36,925 nt of DNA, taken from assembly GCF_001194135.2 (NCBI RefSeq), contig NC_068988.1, forward strand, positions 22,194,259 through 22,231,183. The letters are read 5' to 3'. Positions within the stretch are counted from its first letter, which is position 1. The number at the start of each line of letters is the position of its first letter. The notes beneath the pieces were generated by a model, which searched no databases, was not told where the DNA came from, and saw nothing but the letters and a program-made list of their open reading frames with translations. This DNA comes from Octopus bimaculoides (lineage: Eukaryota). This document shows positions 1 to 12,000 of the stretch, piece by piece. A program made the translations under genes and the position numbers.

Positions 1-202
1 TATACGCAAATACGCAAACACACATCTCCACACACAAAGACATACAGATGCAGGTACGATTGTCAGAATTTCGTTTCGCACTTTCCGATTCGGCAGGTCA
101 CGCGATCCAATCTTCTATGTATTGGGACAGAATGGCTAACCAATGCGTTTCTTCTACGACTGGTTTGAATTAAGTCTGCTGCATAGATACATAAAGTGTG
201 TG

Positions 203-233
<31 letters not shown>

Positions 234-530
234 GCACGCATATCGGGTTCAGGGTTTTGGATATAATTCTTTTTTCACTTGTTGTGGGTGTCATCGATTG
301 ATGGTCAGTTAACTTGTATTGTAGTCCTAAATCAGTTACTCATCTCCTATTTCTTCTCTTAATAAAAGCTGGTTTGGCATCGTACAGTAAAACAAGTGAA
401 GAATTATTGACCTCAAAGAAGAGAATCTATCAGTCGAAGACCACAGAACAGACGTTAGGGAGAAAGGTCAACACAAACCGTATGAGTAGAATAGTCGCAT
501 CAACAACTAGAAATAATAGTAGCAGCATTC

Positions 531-645
531 GTATTATTATTATTATTAAGTAGTAGTAGTAGTTGTATTATTATTATTATTAAGTAGTAGTAGTAGTTGT
601 AGTAGTAGTAATAGTAGTAGCAGCAGCAGCAGCAGTTGCAGCACT
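531..645. repeat. Compound trinucleotide microsatellite (ATT)n/(TAG)n/(CAG)n with an exact 34-bp tandem duplication (531-564, 565-598)
   Basis: Read directly: GTATTATTATTATTATTAAGTAGTAGTAGTAGTT occurs twice head-to-tail, followed by TAG and CAG runs. Confidence 0.95.
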
Positions 646-1384
646 GGCATAAGTAGTAGTAAAACGTATAGCAATACCAATATAACTCACGAAGAAAATT
701 CTAAATGCGAAAGGAAGTGTTTTAGTTTTTCTTCTGTATTTAAATAAATAACTATTGTTGATTGGCCTGTATGTGCCTTAAATGCTGTAATTGTTTTATT
801 CGTAACACACTGTATCAGCTCAAATCTCTTGTTAGACAGTTACATCTCCGAAATTCTTCTATGAAGTAGCATGATATCAGTCAAAGGTTGTTGATCGGTA
901 ATGGAAATCTTCAGTTTATGAATTGAAGTATACATGACAAAAGGGCTGTGGAGCTTAAACCACACTAAAGTCTGTTGTGAATATCTGAATGAAACCCCAT
1001 GTGTTGTTCCTTGAATGGCAACCCAAGAAGCTGTGTAAAAGAAGTGTGCCTTTGTTTGCGCTTGTTGAATTTCGGTTAAACAATAACTATAAATATATAA
1101 ACAGACGTATGAAGAAGTTTGAATAATTGGCTCTTGGAATACCCCTAAATACACATAGTCAGGAATGTAGAGATCAATATCATTAATATTGACGAATATT
1201 GTTTTGCATATATCGATTATTATTTAATGTTGCTACAAATGTTTTTGCTTGAAAAAATTTCAAACGATGTACGATTTAAGTAATGAGAAAACAACAATCT
1301 GCCTCAGGATGTTTTCATCCATGTGCTATTGAGAGTATAGATTTTTGAGTCGTAAAGCTTATCGATCTCCGCTCCCCTTCCGAA

Positions 1385-1558
1385 TATGGAAACCCCCTAA
1401 ATAATCGTTATTAGGGAATTAGACACCTTGGAAATCTTGAGGCGAATTGCATATCAAATTCTTTACAATATGCATCCAATAGAAATCCCTTAAATAATCG
1501 TTATTAGGGAATTAGACAACATGGAAATTTTGAGGCGAATTGAATATCAGATTTTTTG
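1385..1558. repeat. Two-copy tandem repeat, period 93 bp
   Basis: TAAATAATCGTTATTAGGGAATTAGACA starts at 1398 and at 1491; GGAAAT(C/T)TTGAGGCGAATTG(C/A)ATATCA follows in both copies. Confidence 0.9.
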
Positions 1559-1892
1559 TGGAAATGCCTTGAGCAATAATAACTGAAGTCTCTCGTTGAA
1601 AACGTGTTTCAAAGCAAAGTTTTGGATTTTACATGTTGCTAAAATCATAGCACCTCTCCTCCAAAATTCTGTCTAAGCAAATCTGTCAGTCACTTGACCT
1701 CACTGCTCCATAATTCTAGAGACCAGGACGAGTAATCGAGAGAAAAAACTAGATAAAAGATTAAAGGACGAAAACAAAGTGTTTAACGCTACAAAAGCAG
1801 AGATACAATCAACAATATCACACTTCTGACTTCGTCTCTATCCATGTCTACCTTATCCAATTTTCTTACTGCTGCTGCTGTTACAGCTTCAA

Positions 1893-1910
1893 CTACTACT
1901 ACTACTACTG

Positions 1911-1988
<78 letters not shown>

Positions 1989-2022
1989 CTTCTTCTTCTT
2001 CTTCTTCTTCTTCTTCTTCTTC
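1893..2022. repeat. Compound (ACT)n-(TCT)n microsatellite
   Basis: Pure ACT run followed by pure TCT run; source of the poly-T/S and poly-E/V ORFs. Confidence 0.97.
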
Positions 2023-2212
2023 TACTTTTTCTTCTATGCCACACAACATGTTGCGAAATAGTGGTAGTCAATTAATCTACGTGATACTTGTTCTGCTCTA
2101 GTAGTGCAGCCAATTCCTTGTGACATTCAATGCATAACACACCACAAACACACACACACACNNNNNNNNNNNNNNNNNNNNNNNNNNNNNNNNNNNNNNN
2201 NNNNNNNNNNNN

Positions 2213-2255
<43 letters not shown>

Positions 2256-2651
2256 ATATTCACTTAAAGGACACAATACATGTCTTTAATTGCTACTAAT
2301 AGCTTCATGTGTTGAAAAATATCTCAAGCATATTCATCAATCACAAAGGCACAAATCACATATCATATGAACTACAGAAATTGAATAAGAGAAGAAATGC
2401 GAAAAAGCTGAGAGAGTAGCATATAGAAAACATGGAAGGTTGAAAAATGAACTTTCTCATCTTTTCAGCCGGCGCGAACGCACAGAAATATCTTAGAAAC
2501 CAACTGATGAGAAAAATCCGGTGCGACTGTTCATTGCATCGTGCTTTTGTCTCCTTTTTCACTCCGTTATGTTTTCCATTCGTTATGTTTCCGCCCAGTT
2601 TTCGCGTAAGTTTTTTTCTTCATTGTGTTCTTCCTGTTTAACCTTTGGAAT

Positions 2652-2850
<199 letters not shown>

Positions 2851-2869
2851 GATAAAGTTCTTTTTAAAT

Positions 2870-3290
2870 CTCCACCTCACACCTCTTACCTAACCTGCAC
2901 CTTCCCTCCTTCAAAACAAGCCCATAACCTGCATGACATCCTGGTCCACATTTTCTTCCCTACCCCCACCTCCCAGCCTGGCTTGTTACTCTGTCTCTCA
3001 GCCTGGGTCGTTGAACGCTGTCGCACCTGTTCCTACTACTCCAGCATCACCATCCTCACATGCACCCATCATCGTCTCTATCACGTCACTGACTCTACCT
3101 GCACCTCTAGTAATGTCACTTACTCTATCTCTTGCTCGCTCTGTCTTTCCCTGTAAATTGGTCAAACTAAATGCCGCTTGGCTGACTGGTTTATAGAGCA
3201 CATCCGTGATATCAGACTCTGCAATGACACCCCGGTCTCGCGCCATTTCCGCTTTACCGGACATTCACTATAACATCTGTGTTCGGACCA
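2870..3290 (+). mobile_element. Degenerate Penelope-like element, C-terminal GIY-YIG endonuclease domain
   Basis: Frame +1 from 2923: HNLHDILVH...ERCRTCSYY...HVTDSTCTSSNVTYSISCSLCLSL*IGQTKCRLADWFIEHIRDIRLCNDTPVSRHFRFTGHSL*. This fits the PLE pattern CxxC linker / 'CTSSNVIY.I.C..C...YIGQT.R.L..R..EH'. The YIG tyrosine is TAA (3154-3156), and there is a frameshift in the A-run near 2913. Confidence 0.88.
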
Positions 3291-3342
3291 TTATATTATA
3301 TTATATAAAATAGTATAATATAATATAATATAATATAATATA

Positions 3343-3382
<40 letters not shown>

Positions 3383-3397
3383 TATATTATTATATAT
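3291..3397. repeat. (TATAA)n/(TA)n microsatellite abutting the PLE fragment
   Basis: Read directly. Confidence 0.9.
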
Positions 3398-6131
3398 GAA
3401 GGGCATTAACTGTGTATTAATGCCACACGCTTCGAGGGACTAAATAAGTAAAAAAAAACTACCAAAAATANNNNNNNNNNNNNNNNNNNNNNNNNNNNNN
3501 NNNNNNNNNNNNNNNNNNNNNNNNNNNNNNNNNNNNNNNNNNNNNNNNNNNNNNNNNNNNNNNNNNNNNNNNNNNNNNNNNNNNNNNNNNNNNNNNNNNN
3601 NNNNNNNNNNNNNNNNNNNNNNNNNNNNNNNNNNNNNNNNNNNNNNNNNNNNNNNNNNNNNNNNNNNNNNNNNNNNNNNNNNNNNNNNNNNNNNNNNNNN
3701 NNNNNNNNNNNNNNNNNNNNNNNNNNNNNNNNNNNNNNNNNNNNNNNNNNNNNNNNNNNNNNNNNNNNNNNNNNNNNNNNNNNNNNNNNNNNNNNNNNNN
3801 NNNNNNNNNNNNNNNNNNNNNNNNNNNNNNNNNNNNNNNNNNNNNNNNNNNNNNNNNNNNNNNNNNNNNNNNNNNNNNNNNNNNNNNNNNNNNNNNNNNN
3901 NNNNNNNNNNNNNNNNNNNNNNNNNNNNNNNNNNNNNNNNNNNNNNNNNNNNNNNNNNNNNNNNNNNNNNNNNNNNNNNNNNNNNNNNNNNNNNNNNNNN
4001 NNNNNNNNNNNNNNNNNNNNNNNNNNNNNNNNNNNNNNNNNNNNNNNNNNNNNNNNNNNNNNNNNNNNNNNNNNNNNNNNNNNNNNNNNNNNNNNNNNNN
4101 NNNNNNNNNNNNNNNNNNNNNNNNNNNNNNNNNNNNNNNNNNNNNNNNNNNNNNNNNNNNNNATATATATAAATGTATATTTATATATTCACGCATATAT
4201 TATATGTTTGTGTATCAGTGTCTCGTATTCATTTTCATCCTCTCATCACACCAATTGATAAGCAGTATTAGTTTGTATACATTTCCGTAGCTAGTCATTC
4301 GGCAAATGACTGATTATAAATAATGTACCAATAGCTAGATAAACATAGATAGATAAATACATAGAATATGCATGTCCACACAATTTCTTTTCAGCACATT
4401 CAACACGCAAGTCGTTGCTTAAGTCAAGGAATGGTAAATGACGCTTGACCAACTAGTCGCACAGCATGATTAAGCCAGACCCCCACATGTTTGTCAAAGA
4501 AAATACTTAACGATCCAATCCATGATTACTCAAGAGATACTTCTTTTGAGCAAGTCCCATTCTTCGTTGATGCTAAATTTAGCCACGGCAGGGAAACTGA
4601 TTCAACAAGGTTTGCTATACAAGAACCGGTCATTACTGCTAGTTAGCATGTTGAGTGTAATAATTGCCAAAGCCTGTCATTTCTATGATAAATATCACCA
4701 ATCTGGTCAATTTCCTGAAATGTTACATCGCATCATTATGGTGACCGACAATACGTCTCACAAATATGTAAGAGAAAGCTTAATAACTTTGCAGTTCTGA
4801 ATTTGTGTCCATCCAGTCTCTCTTTCTCGATTTCTAATCCTGTATATGTTTTAATGTACATATAAACATCTAAGATAGAAACACACTCATATACGCATAT
4901 ATATAAAAATTATTTGGGTTCAGCCATACAGTCTTGTGATTTGAATTTTTATTGGTACACACACACACACACGCACACACAGAGATGCACGCACATAAAA
5001 TTTACAAATATATGTATATATACAAATACTTACCAATATGTACATATATATATATATATTTATATTCATGAAAATGTATATATGTATTTATGCTATGTAC
5101 ATATATATATATATACATATATTTATGAATGTGTATTTGTGTGTATATTTGTGTGTGTGTGTGTGTATGCATGCTAAGAGGGTTTCAGCAGGTTTGGAGA
5201 GCATGGTGTTTCACAGTACTTCAAACATATATTTTATCCAAGCCTACTGTAATTTATCACACAAAAAAATATATATGTGCAGGATTGTTTGAAGATATAC
5301 ACTACTGAAACAACTGTAACAGGTTTTAAACTTATGATATGCTGATAGCTTCAAAACGGGAAATGTATGAACTATATTGAGTAGAGACATGGCAGGTAGG
5401 TTGAGCGAGCCTATTGGAAAAAAGATACAATTCACTGTTCCAGAGGAAACTATTTACGTGTTTCATATGCTTTTATTCTTCCATTCTATTCCCTTCATGA
5501 CCAAGCAAACCTATGTTTAACAGTATTCATTTCATGACCATCCATATATTATTAGAAGGCTATGTTGGACTGTATTCTCTGATGTGTACTTTCAATGCAT
5601 TCACTATCTAATGTGACATGTTCATCAAGTAACGGAAGGGAACTCGCCGGGATGTGCATGATGGCATGATGGTGATCCTCAATACACCATCTACCAAGAA
5701 CAGCTAACAACTACGTTCTAATTGAATAAATACTTTAATACGGATGTATGAGATATCAGGGAGGCTTGGTCACAATTTCATGCGGAGAGATATATTTTCT
5801 CTGATAGTCAATACAAGAAATATGTAGTGAAAATGAAATGCGTAGTGACAATGTGCCTGCATGAAGATTCGAAAGCATTGATGTTCGTGTTGTGTGTCTC
5901 TGAAGACATAAAAAAAGTGCATGAATGTATACTATTTCTCATTCAAATCTTCTACCGAAAAATGTAGTAATCTCAAGGCGAATCGATAAATGCAGTAATC
6001 GAATATTAAACGAACATATTGCTGAGTTTGGTATGAAGTTCGATAATATATTATTGCATTATTTTATCATATTACAGGCAGATATACATATACACATATG
6101 CAAGCATATACACCTGTATAAAGAGATGAAT

Positions 6132-6162
<31 letters not shown>

Positions 6163-6213
6163 TATACGTGTGTATATATGTATGTACGTATGCATGTATG
6201 CATTTATCTATTA

Positions 6214-6288
<75 letters not shown>

Positions 6289-6515
6289 CATATATACAAA
6301 CACATGTATGAAGATGCGTGAAGACGTACATATACAAATATACATACACACACACATATACACACACATATATATATATATACACACACACAGTGCGTTA
6401 ACCTGAGGAATTATGTACAACAGTAAATTTATCAATAATATTAACATGTATACATATCAGTATAATAAAAACAAACGAAACATGCACACGCAAGCAAGAA
6501 CATGCACACACACAC

Positions 6516-6557
<42 letters not shown>

Positions 6558-6922
6558 ACATACACACACACATACATACAAGAACACGCATCCACGCACA
6601 GGAACCTCCCCCTTGTAGAAAAATGAATATCCCGATAAAAGTNNNNNNNNNNAAAACTAAATAAATACATAAAATAAAATGAATGAAACTAAAACAGCAA
6701 GAACCAATAAAGCGTGTGCTCCAGTTTCTATAGGTGTAGGTTAGTGTGTCAGTATATCGTTTTACCTTGACTTCAGAGACTAGTTATTCCTGATATTGAC
6801 TTATTACTGAGCTTGTAAGCACAACTATGCCAACGCATTGTTCATATTATTTTAAACGCCGATCACTTTCTATTGCATGTTTACCTTAAAGCGGTTGAGA
6901 AAGACGGGGAGGTGGATGTAGT

Positions 6923-6924
6923 TT

Positions 6925-6983
<59 letters not shown>

Positions 6984-7059
6984 ATAGAAATAGATAGATA
7001 AACAGAAAGATAGATAGATAGAGAGTGAGAGAACGAGAGAAAGAGAGAGGGAGAGAGAG

Positions 7060-7091
<32 letters not shown>

Positions 7092-7101
7092 NNNNNNNNN
7101 N

Positions 7102-7140
<39 letters not shown>
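6923..7140. repeat. (GATA)n/(GA)n compound microsatellite with a 10-N gap
   Basis: Read directly. Confidence 0.95.
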
Positions 7141-7143
<3 letters not shown>

Positions 7144-7367
7144 CAAACAGACAGATAGACAGAGAGCAAAGGTGGATGGTGATGTTGAGTAAAGGAGAGA
7201 AAGTGTATAATGGTGGGAGAGCGAGAGAGCATTTACTGAAGTTAAAGGCAAAACAAATGTATCTACACATTCTACGATGTGTATGTATATATATTTTGTG
7301 TTTGTGTGTGTTTATGGTCAAAATATATGCGTATGTATACGTGTGTGTGTATGTATGTATGTGTATA

Positions 7368-7402
<35 letters not shown>

Positions 7403-7579
7403 GTATACATAGCCACACACACGCATACAGGAAATGCGTACTATATATATACATGTATATGAAGAGAGGAGTGAGTGAGAATGAGAGTGAGAGGTTTATA
7501 AGTGCTATTCACGTAATTCGCATCCCTTGAGGTCCTTTTTGTAACTTTCTGCCACTAGAAAATATAGAATACAAATATG

Positions 7580-7704
<125 letters not shown>

Positions 7705-7899
7705 TAAAGCATACATGTACATGCATACATACATACATCTCGCATCTGCATCCTCGTCACACTAGAAAACCCGTTGCCAAGAAGATTTACTGAAATGATT
7801 CATTATTGTTGTCATGTGATGCCCTTATATGACTTTTGAGGCTGGCCAAGATTTTACACATTTTATTACATACAAGACAACTGTGCTGGTAGGCAAGAG

Positions 7900-8200
7900 A
7901 AACACGGGCCACCATATGCACTCTCTTACCATGTCATTTTAGACCTCCAACTGAGAGGCACACCTTTCCACATTTTGCACATGTTCTGTTATGAATTTTA
8001 ATAGCCACATCCTTGTTTATCATGGGTCGATTTCTATGAGAATTTTAATGGCTCAGCGGGCCTGCACAACTCAAACACCAAAGCCCATTAACCATACACG
8101 TAAAAAGCAACACTCTATCACCTTCCACAGGTTCCCTCCTTCTGAGCCCCCTCCTAATTCTCTCATACTTCACTCATTCCCTCTCAAATGCAAAGCGCAT
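7900..8200 (-). mobile_element. Degenerate RTE-clade LINE 3' end with two C2H2-like zinc fingers
   Basis: One minus frame reads AFERE*VKYERIRRGLRRREPVEGDRVLLFTCMVNGLWCLSCAGPLSH*NSHRNRPMINKDVAIKIHNRTCAKCGKVCLSVGGLK*HGKRVH. Its layout parallels the 'FE..R....KR..RK...F.C..C...C.S..GL..H...H' end of the RTE copy at 29075-29455. Three in-frame stops. Confidence 0.7.
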
Positions 8201-8256
8201 TGCCATCAGTGATATGTAACAACATCTGATAGTCTGGTCGGTCATGTGATCACGTG

Positions 8257-8314
<58 letters not shown>

Positions 8315-8720
8315 NNNNNNNNNNNNNNNNNNNNNNNNNNNNNNNNNNNNNNNNNNNNNNNNNNNNNNNNNNNNNNNNNNNNNNNNNNNNNNNNNNNNNN
8401 NNNNNNNNNNNNNNNNNNNNNNNNNNNNNNNNNNNNNNNNNNNNNNNNNNNNNNNNNNNNNNNNNNNNNNNNNNNNNNNNNNNNNNNNNNNNNNNNNNNN
8501 NNNNNNNNNNNNNNNNNNNNNNNNNNNNNNNNNNNNNNNNNNNNNNNNNNNNNNNNNNNNNNNNNNNNNNNNNNNNNNNNNNNNNNNNNNNNNNNNNNNN
8601 NNNNNNNNNNNNNNNNNNNNNNNNNNNNNNNNNNNNNNNNNNNNNNNNNNNNNNNNNNNNNNNNNNNNNNNNNNNNNNNNNNNNNNNNNNNNNNNNNNNN
8701 NNNNNNNNNNNNNNNNNNNN

Positions 8721-8752
<32 letters not shown>

Positions 8753-9504
8753 TGTGTTAAAAGTGTTAAAGCAGGAGAAAGATGCGCAAACTTTCAATAT
8801 ATATATATATATATAAATATATACAGAGTATAATATTTGAAGCACATACATTTATTGGATGACTGCATTCGGAGACAATACATTCTATGGATAAACAAAA
8901 GGAATACGAAACTGAATTTGACTCTAATACAGCAAAAATGCTTTCTAATCAATATAAATAGCTATTGAATTATTTATTAGTTGTGTCCTCATTACAACGC
9001 ATATAAATTTATTAAAATCTCATATTTGTCTGACAACGGTAAATTTGTTAGCACGCCCTCAGTGATTATTGTTTCCCTGTTTGAAAATTACACTGTTGGT
9101 GCGTATGTTATCGACCTGAACATTTTGACAGGACAAAGCATAATGAAGTGATTGCGCAGTTCAACAACGTGCATCAGTGCCTAGGCTCAACAAAATATTT
9201 ATTTATTTGCCTTGGTATATAATTTGTACAAGTTTCATCTAAAGGACAATGTTTGCTTTCAGACGTCTAGTTAGTATTCGTTTCATATATTCTGAGTAAT
9301 AAAAAGCGTTCCTGTCATAAGTCCCAAATTAGTCAGATGCTTAAAAGAAACGGAAAAAACCCCCAGGAATGTGTAACATACACCATGCATGGATATCAGG
9401 GAGATATGCCCAGTGTATCGTATGTGATATACAAGACATGCAATGGGTTAATTCTTCATTGTGTTTCATGGATAAGGGGCTTCAGACACTGAAAAGCTCA
9501 TGGA

Positions 9505-9660
9505 TCACACACAAACACAAACACAAACACAAACACAAACACAAACACAAACACATACACATACACACATATACACAGGTACAAATATTTGTATGTAAGT
9601 ATGTATGTATGTATGGATAGATGGATAGATGGATGGATGAATGGATGGATGGATAGATGT
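9505..9660. repeat. (AAACAC)n hexamer run followed by (TATG)n/(GATG)n
   Basis: Read directly. Confidence 0.9.
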
Positions 9661-10048
9661 GTATGTAACTAGCAAATCCATATTAACGGTTTGCTTTTTA
9701 AATGTAAATTATGTAAGTTGTTTACAAGCACTAAACTAGGCCAACAAAAAGAAACTTAGAAGTATACCGGAAGGACTCGGAAGACATATCGGTCAGCGCA
9801 CCAGAAAGACCCTTGTCAACATCTCTTGATAAATTTGGAGAATTAAAAGTTTTTTTTTTATCAGTATAAGGTAACGACATTACTCAAGCCATATATCCAA
9901 TGAGAATTAAAATAATTTCGATGAAACTTAACCATCGCTAACACGGTCATACCAAAAGTGCAAGAAGGAGGTAAGGGTCTCGTGGGACAGGGTATCCGCT
10001 TGATTTCCTAGATCAGTTCTCGCATATATCGTTATAATATGTATATAT

Positions 10049-10081
<33 letters not shown>

Positions 10082-10429
10082 TATATATAAACACAAACAC
10101 ACACATACACACACACAATCGCTCCAAACGCATACACATATATTTTCTTTTAATGGTACATGATGTTCTGTTTCCGCGTTGTCACAAGTTTATCGTTTCA
10201 GTTCTTGATAGAAAAAGCTCAGATTCGGATACATGACAGACTTATAAATTTCACTTCATTAGTACATGTACTAAATACTTTAGCTCCCGCCACCGCTTAA
10301 TTCGAGTGTGTCTCCAAATTTAGCTGACTCAATAGCGAAGACTGCGGAATACATCTAAGTCAAAAACAATATAAAATTACCGCAAAGTACTTGGTGAATG
10401 ACTGTCCTTAAATAAACTTATAAAATCGC

Positions 10430-10935
10430 TCTGTTATGGAATGCATTCATAAACACCAACTCAAGGAATACTGTTGGAACATTCCTATCAAAACGGCTGT
10501 CAAATATAAGCATAACAGGCCGGTTATTGTTGTTTGGGACAGAGGGGCCAATGTATCTAACAACATAAGGGTTAGCTGCCCTGCAGATATAAATATCTCT
10601 TTGAAAAGAAAAAAGAGAATATCTATGGACAATAGCTTCGAAACCTCTAGCTTCTATATCCAGACTATGAATTCATATTCATACCAAATATAATGGAAAC
10701 ACTAGGTTTTATTAGTGAATGCTTAAAGGAGAATCTGGATAAACTGGGATTTTCAGAAAGAGAAACTGACCGGCTGATTCGTACATTACAAGTGCAATCT
10801 GTGAGGGGAACAATAAAAATGTGCAAGACTTTTCTCAGGTTCGAAAAGTGAATCTGTCTGTGTATCTTTGTTGGAAACTGGCTACCTCATCAGTAGAAAA
10901 TTTAGAATAATTATGAAATAGAACAAACATACATA
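10430..10935 (+). mobile_element. 5'-truncated R4/Dong-like non-LTR retrotransposon: restriction-like endonuclease domain plus 3' UTR
   Basis: Frame +2: WNIPIKTAVKYKHNRPVIVVWDRGANV...VSCPADINISLK. After a frameshift in the 10603-10614 A-run, frame +1: EKENIYGQ*LRNL*LLYPDYEFIFIPNIMETLGFISECLKENLDKLG...LQVQSVRGTIKMCKTFLRFEK* (TGA 10849-10851). This matches the RLE 'HNRPD...SCP.D.N...KE.EK..Y..L...IP.I...LG' pattern, with the catalytic PD mutated to PV. It ends in CATACATA. Confidence 0.85.
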
Positions 10936-10984
10936 AAGCACATGCACTGACTCAAAATGCTGTACATATAGACATACATGCACA

Positions 10985-11107
10985 AGTAAGCTGTTGATGC
11001 TGTTGAAATTCCAATGATGGAACATTGAATCTAGGTTAGAAACCGGCTCTTTCTTTATTGGTAAGAAATCTTGAAATAAAACTGAACAATGACATACATA
11101 CATACAT
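10985..11107 (+). mobile_element. Short element / 3' tail ending in (TACA)n, copy A
   Basis: ATCTAGGTTAGAAACCGGCTCTTTCTTTATTGGTAAGAAATCTTGAAATAAAACTGAACAATGA-CATACATAC is near-identical to the reverse complement of 11825-11900. Confidence 0.75.
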
Positions 11108-11804
11108 GAAATTACCTACGGACAAACTTTACCATATTGAAACCGATGGGCCAAAATGATATAAGTGGAACCTTAAAATTAAAACAACTACCAAGTTATA
11201 ACACAACCGGCTAAATATCGTTTTTTGAGACTACAAAGAAATATGTTCTTTGCAGAAATCAGCTTCCCACTGGATACTATTGTGATTACAAAAATAATAG
11301 CCGTACATAACTACATGAAAACCATTACTGCATTACAGCAGCAAAAACATGAAATCTGAATCGAATATGCTTCTTCTCTTTCTAAATAACATATCACCCG
11401 TTAATTAGTAATAAAGGCCGAGTAACTCTCTGCATTCAGAAATATTCTATGCTTTTCTAAACGAAATAAATTGAACAAAATCAGACGTTTTCGTTTGCAT
11501 AAAATTGCCCGTTTTAAAACACTGGAAAGGAATGTTTTTATACATCTTCCCATAACTTTTAAAACTTTTTCACTGGATTAATTATATTCATAGAAATTCT
11601 CATTAGCCTACATCTTGTTAAGCAGATTCATCTTCTGACATCAAAACGCTTAAAACAAGGGAAAGCAGAATTTCCATAAATAGGAGAACCAGCGACAAAT
11701 GTCGCTTTTGTGAAATAAAATAACTTCAAACGCATCACACTATCATATCAAACATCTGGATACATATAGCATTAGATTTTGAAAGACATGTATAGATTTT
11801 TGTA

Positions 11805-12000
11805 TGTAAGTATGTATGTATGTATATATGCAATTATTCAATTTTATTTCAAGATTTCTTGCCAATAGAGAAAGAGCCGGTTTCTAGCCTAGATCCAAGG
11901 CTCCTTCATTGTTTGCAGCAAATGGCTTCTGGCGACGGAAGCCTGAACTACAACGGGCTTGTCCCACAGAGAAGGTATCCGGTTATTTCTGGATACCCCC
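11805..12000 (-). mobile_element. Short element ending in (TACA)n, copy B, with a 5' hairpin
   Basis: Reverse-complement match to 11020-11105; hairpin GGTATCCGG/CTGGATACC at 11974-11997; flanked on both sides by TACA/GACA repeats. Confidence 0.75.

Noticed and set aside
1789-2101. Poly-Glu/Val and poly-Thr/Ser ORFs
   Set aside because: They are translations of the (ACT)n(TCT)n microsatellite with no other coding signal.
2933-3264. Track ORFs 2933-3196 (+) and 2998-3264 (-) as genes
   Set aside because: They are off-frame and antisense shadows of the PLE GIY-YIG remnant in frame +1.
3402-3424. GGCATTAA/TTAATGCC hairpin as a Helitron 3' end
   Set aside because: The 8-bp stem is real, but there is no convincing CTRR terminus or 5' end, and the sequence is cut by a gap.
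4440-4800. 92-aa ORF and unique sequence as an exon or transposase
   Set aside because: I translated several frames on both strands and found no recognisable motif, with frequent stops.
11870-11915. TGAAGG-AGCCT-loop-AGGCT-AGAAACCGG as a hammerhead in the TACA-tail element
   Set aside because: It has a hairpin and GAAAC but lacks a CUGANGA-like core and an NUH/stem I arrangement; treated as a 3' UTR stem.
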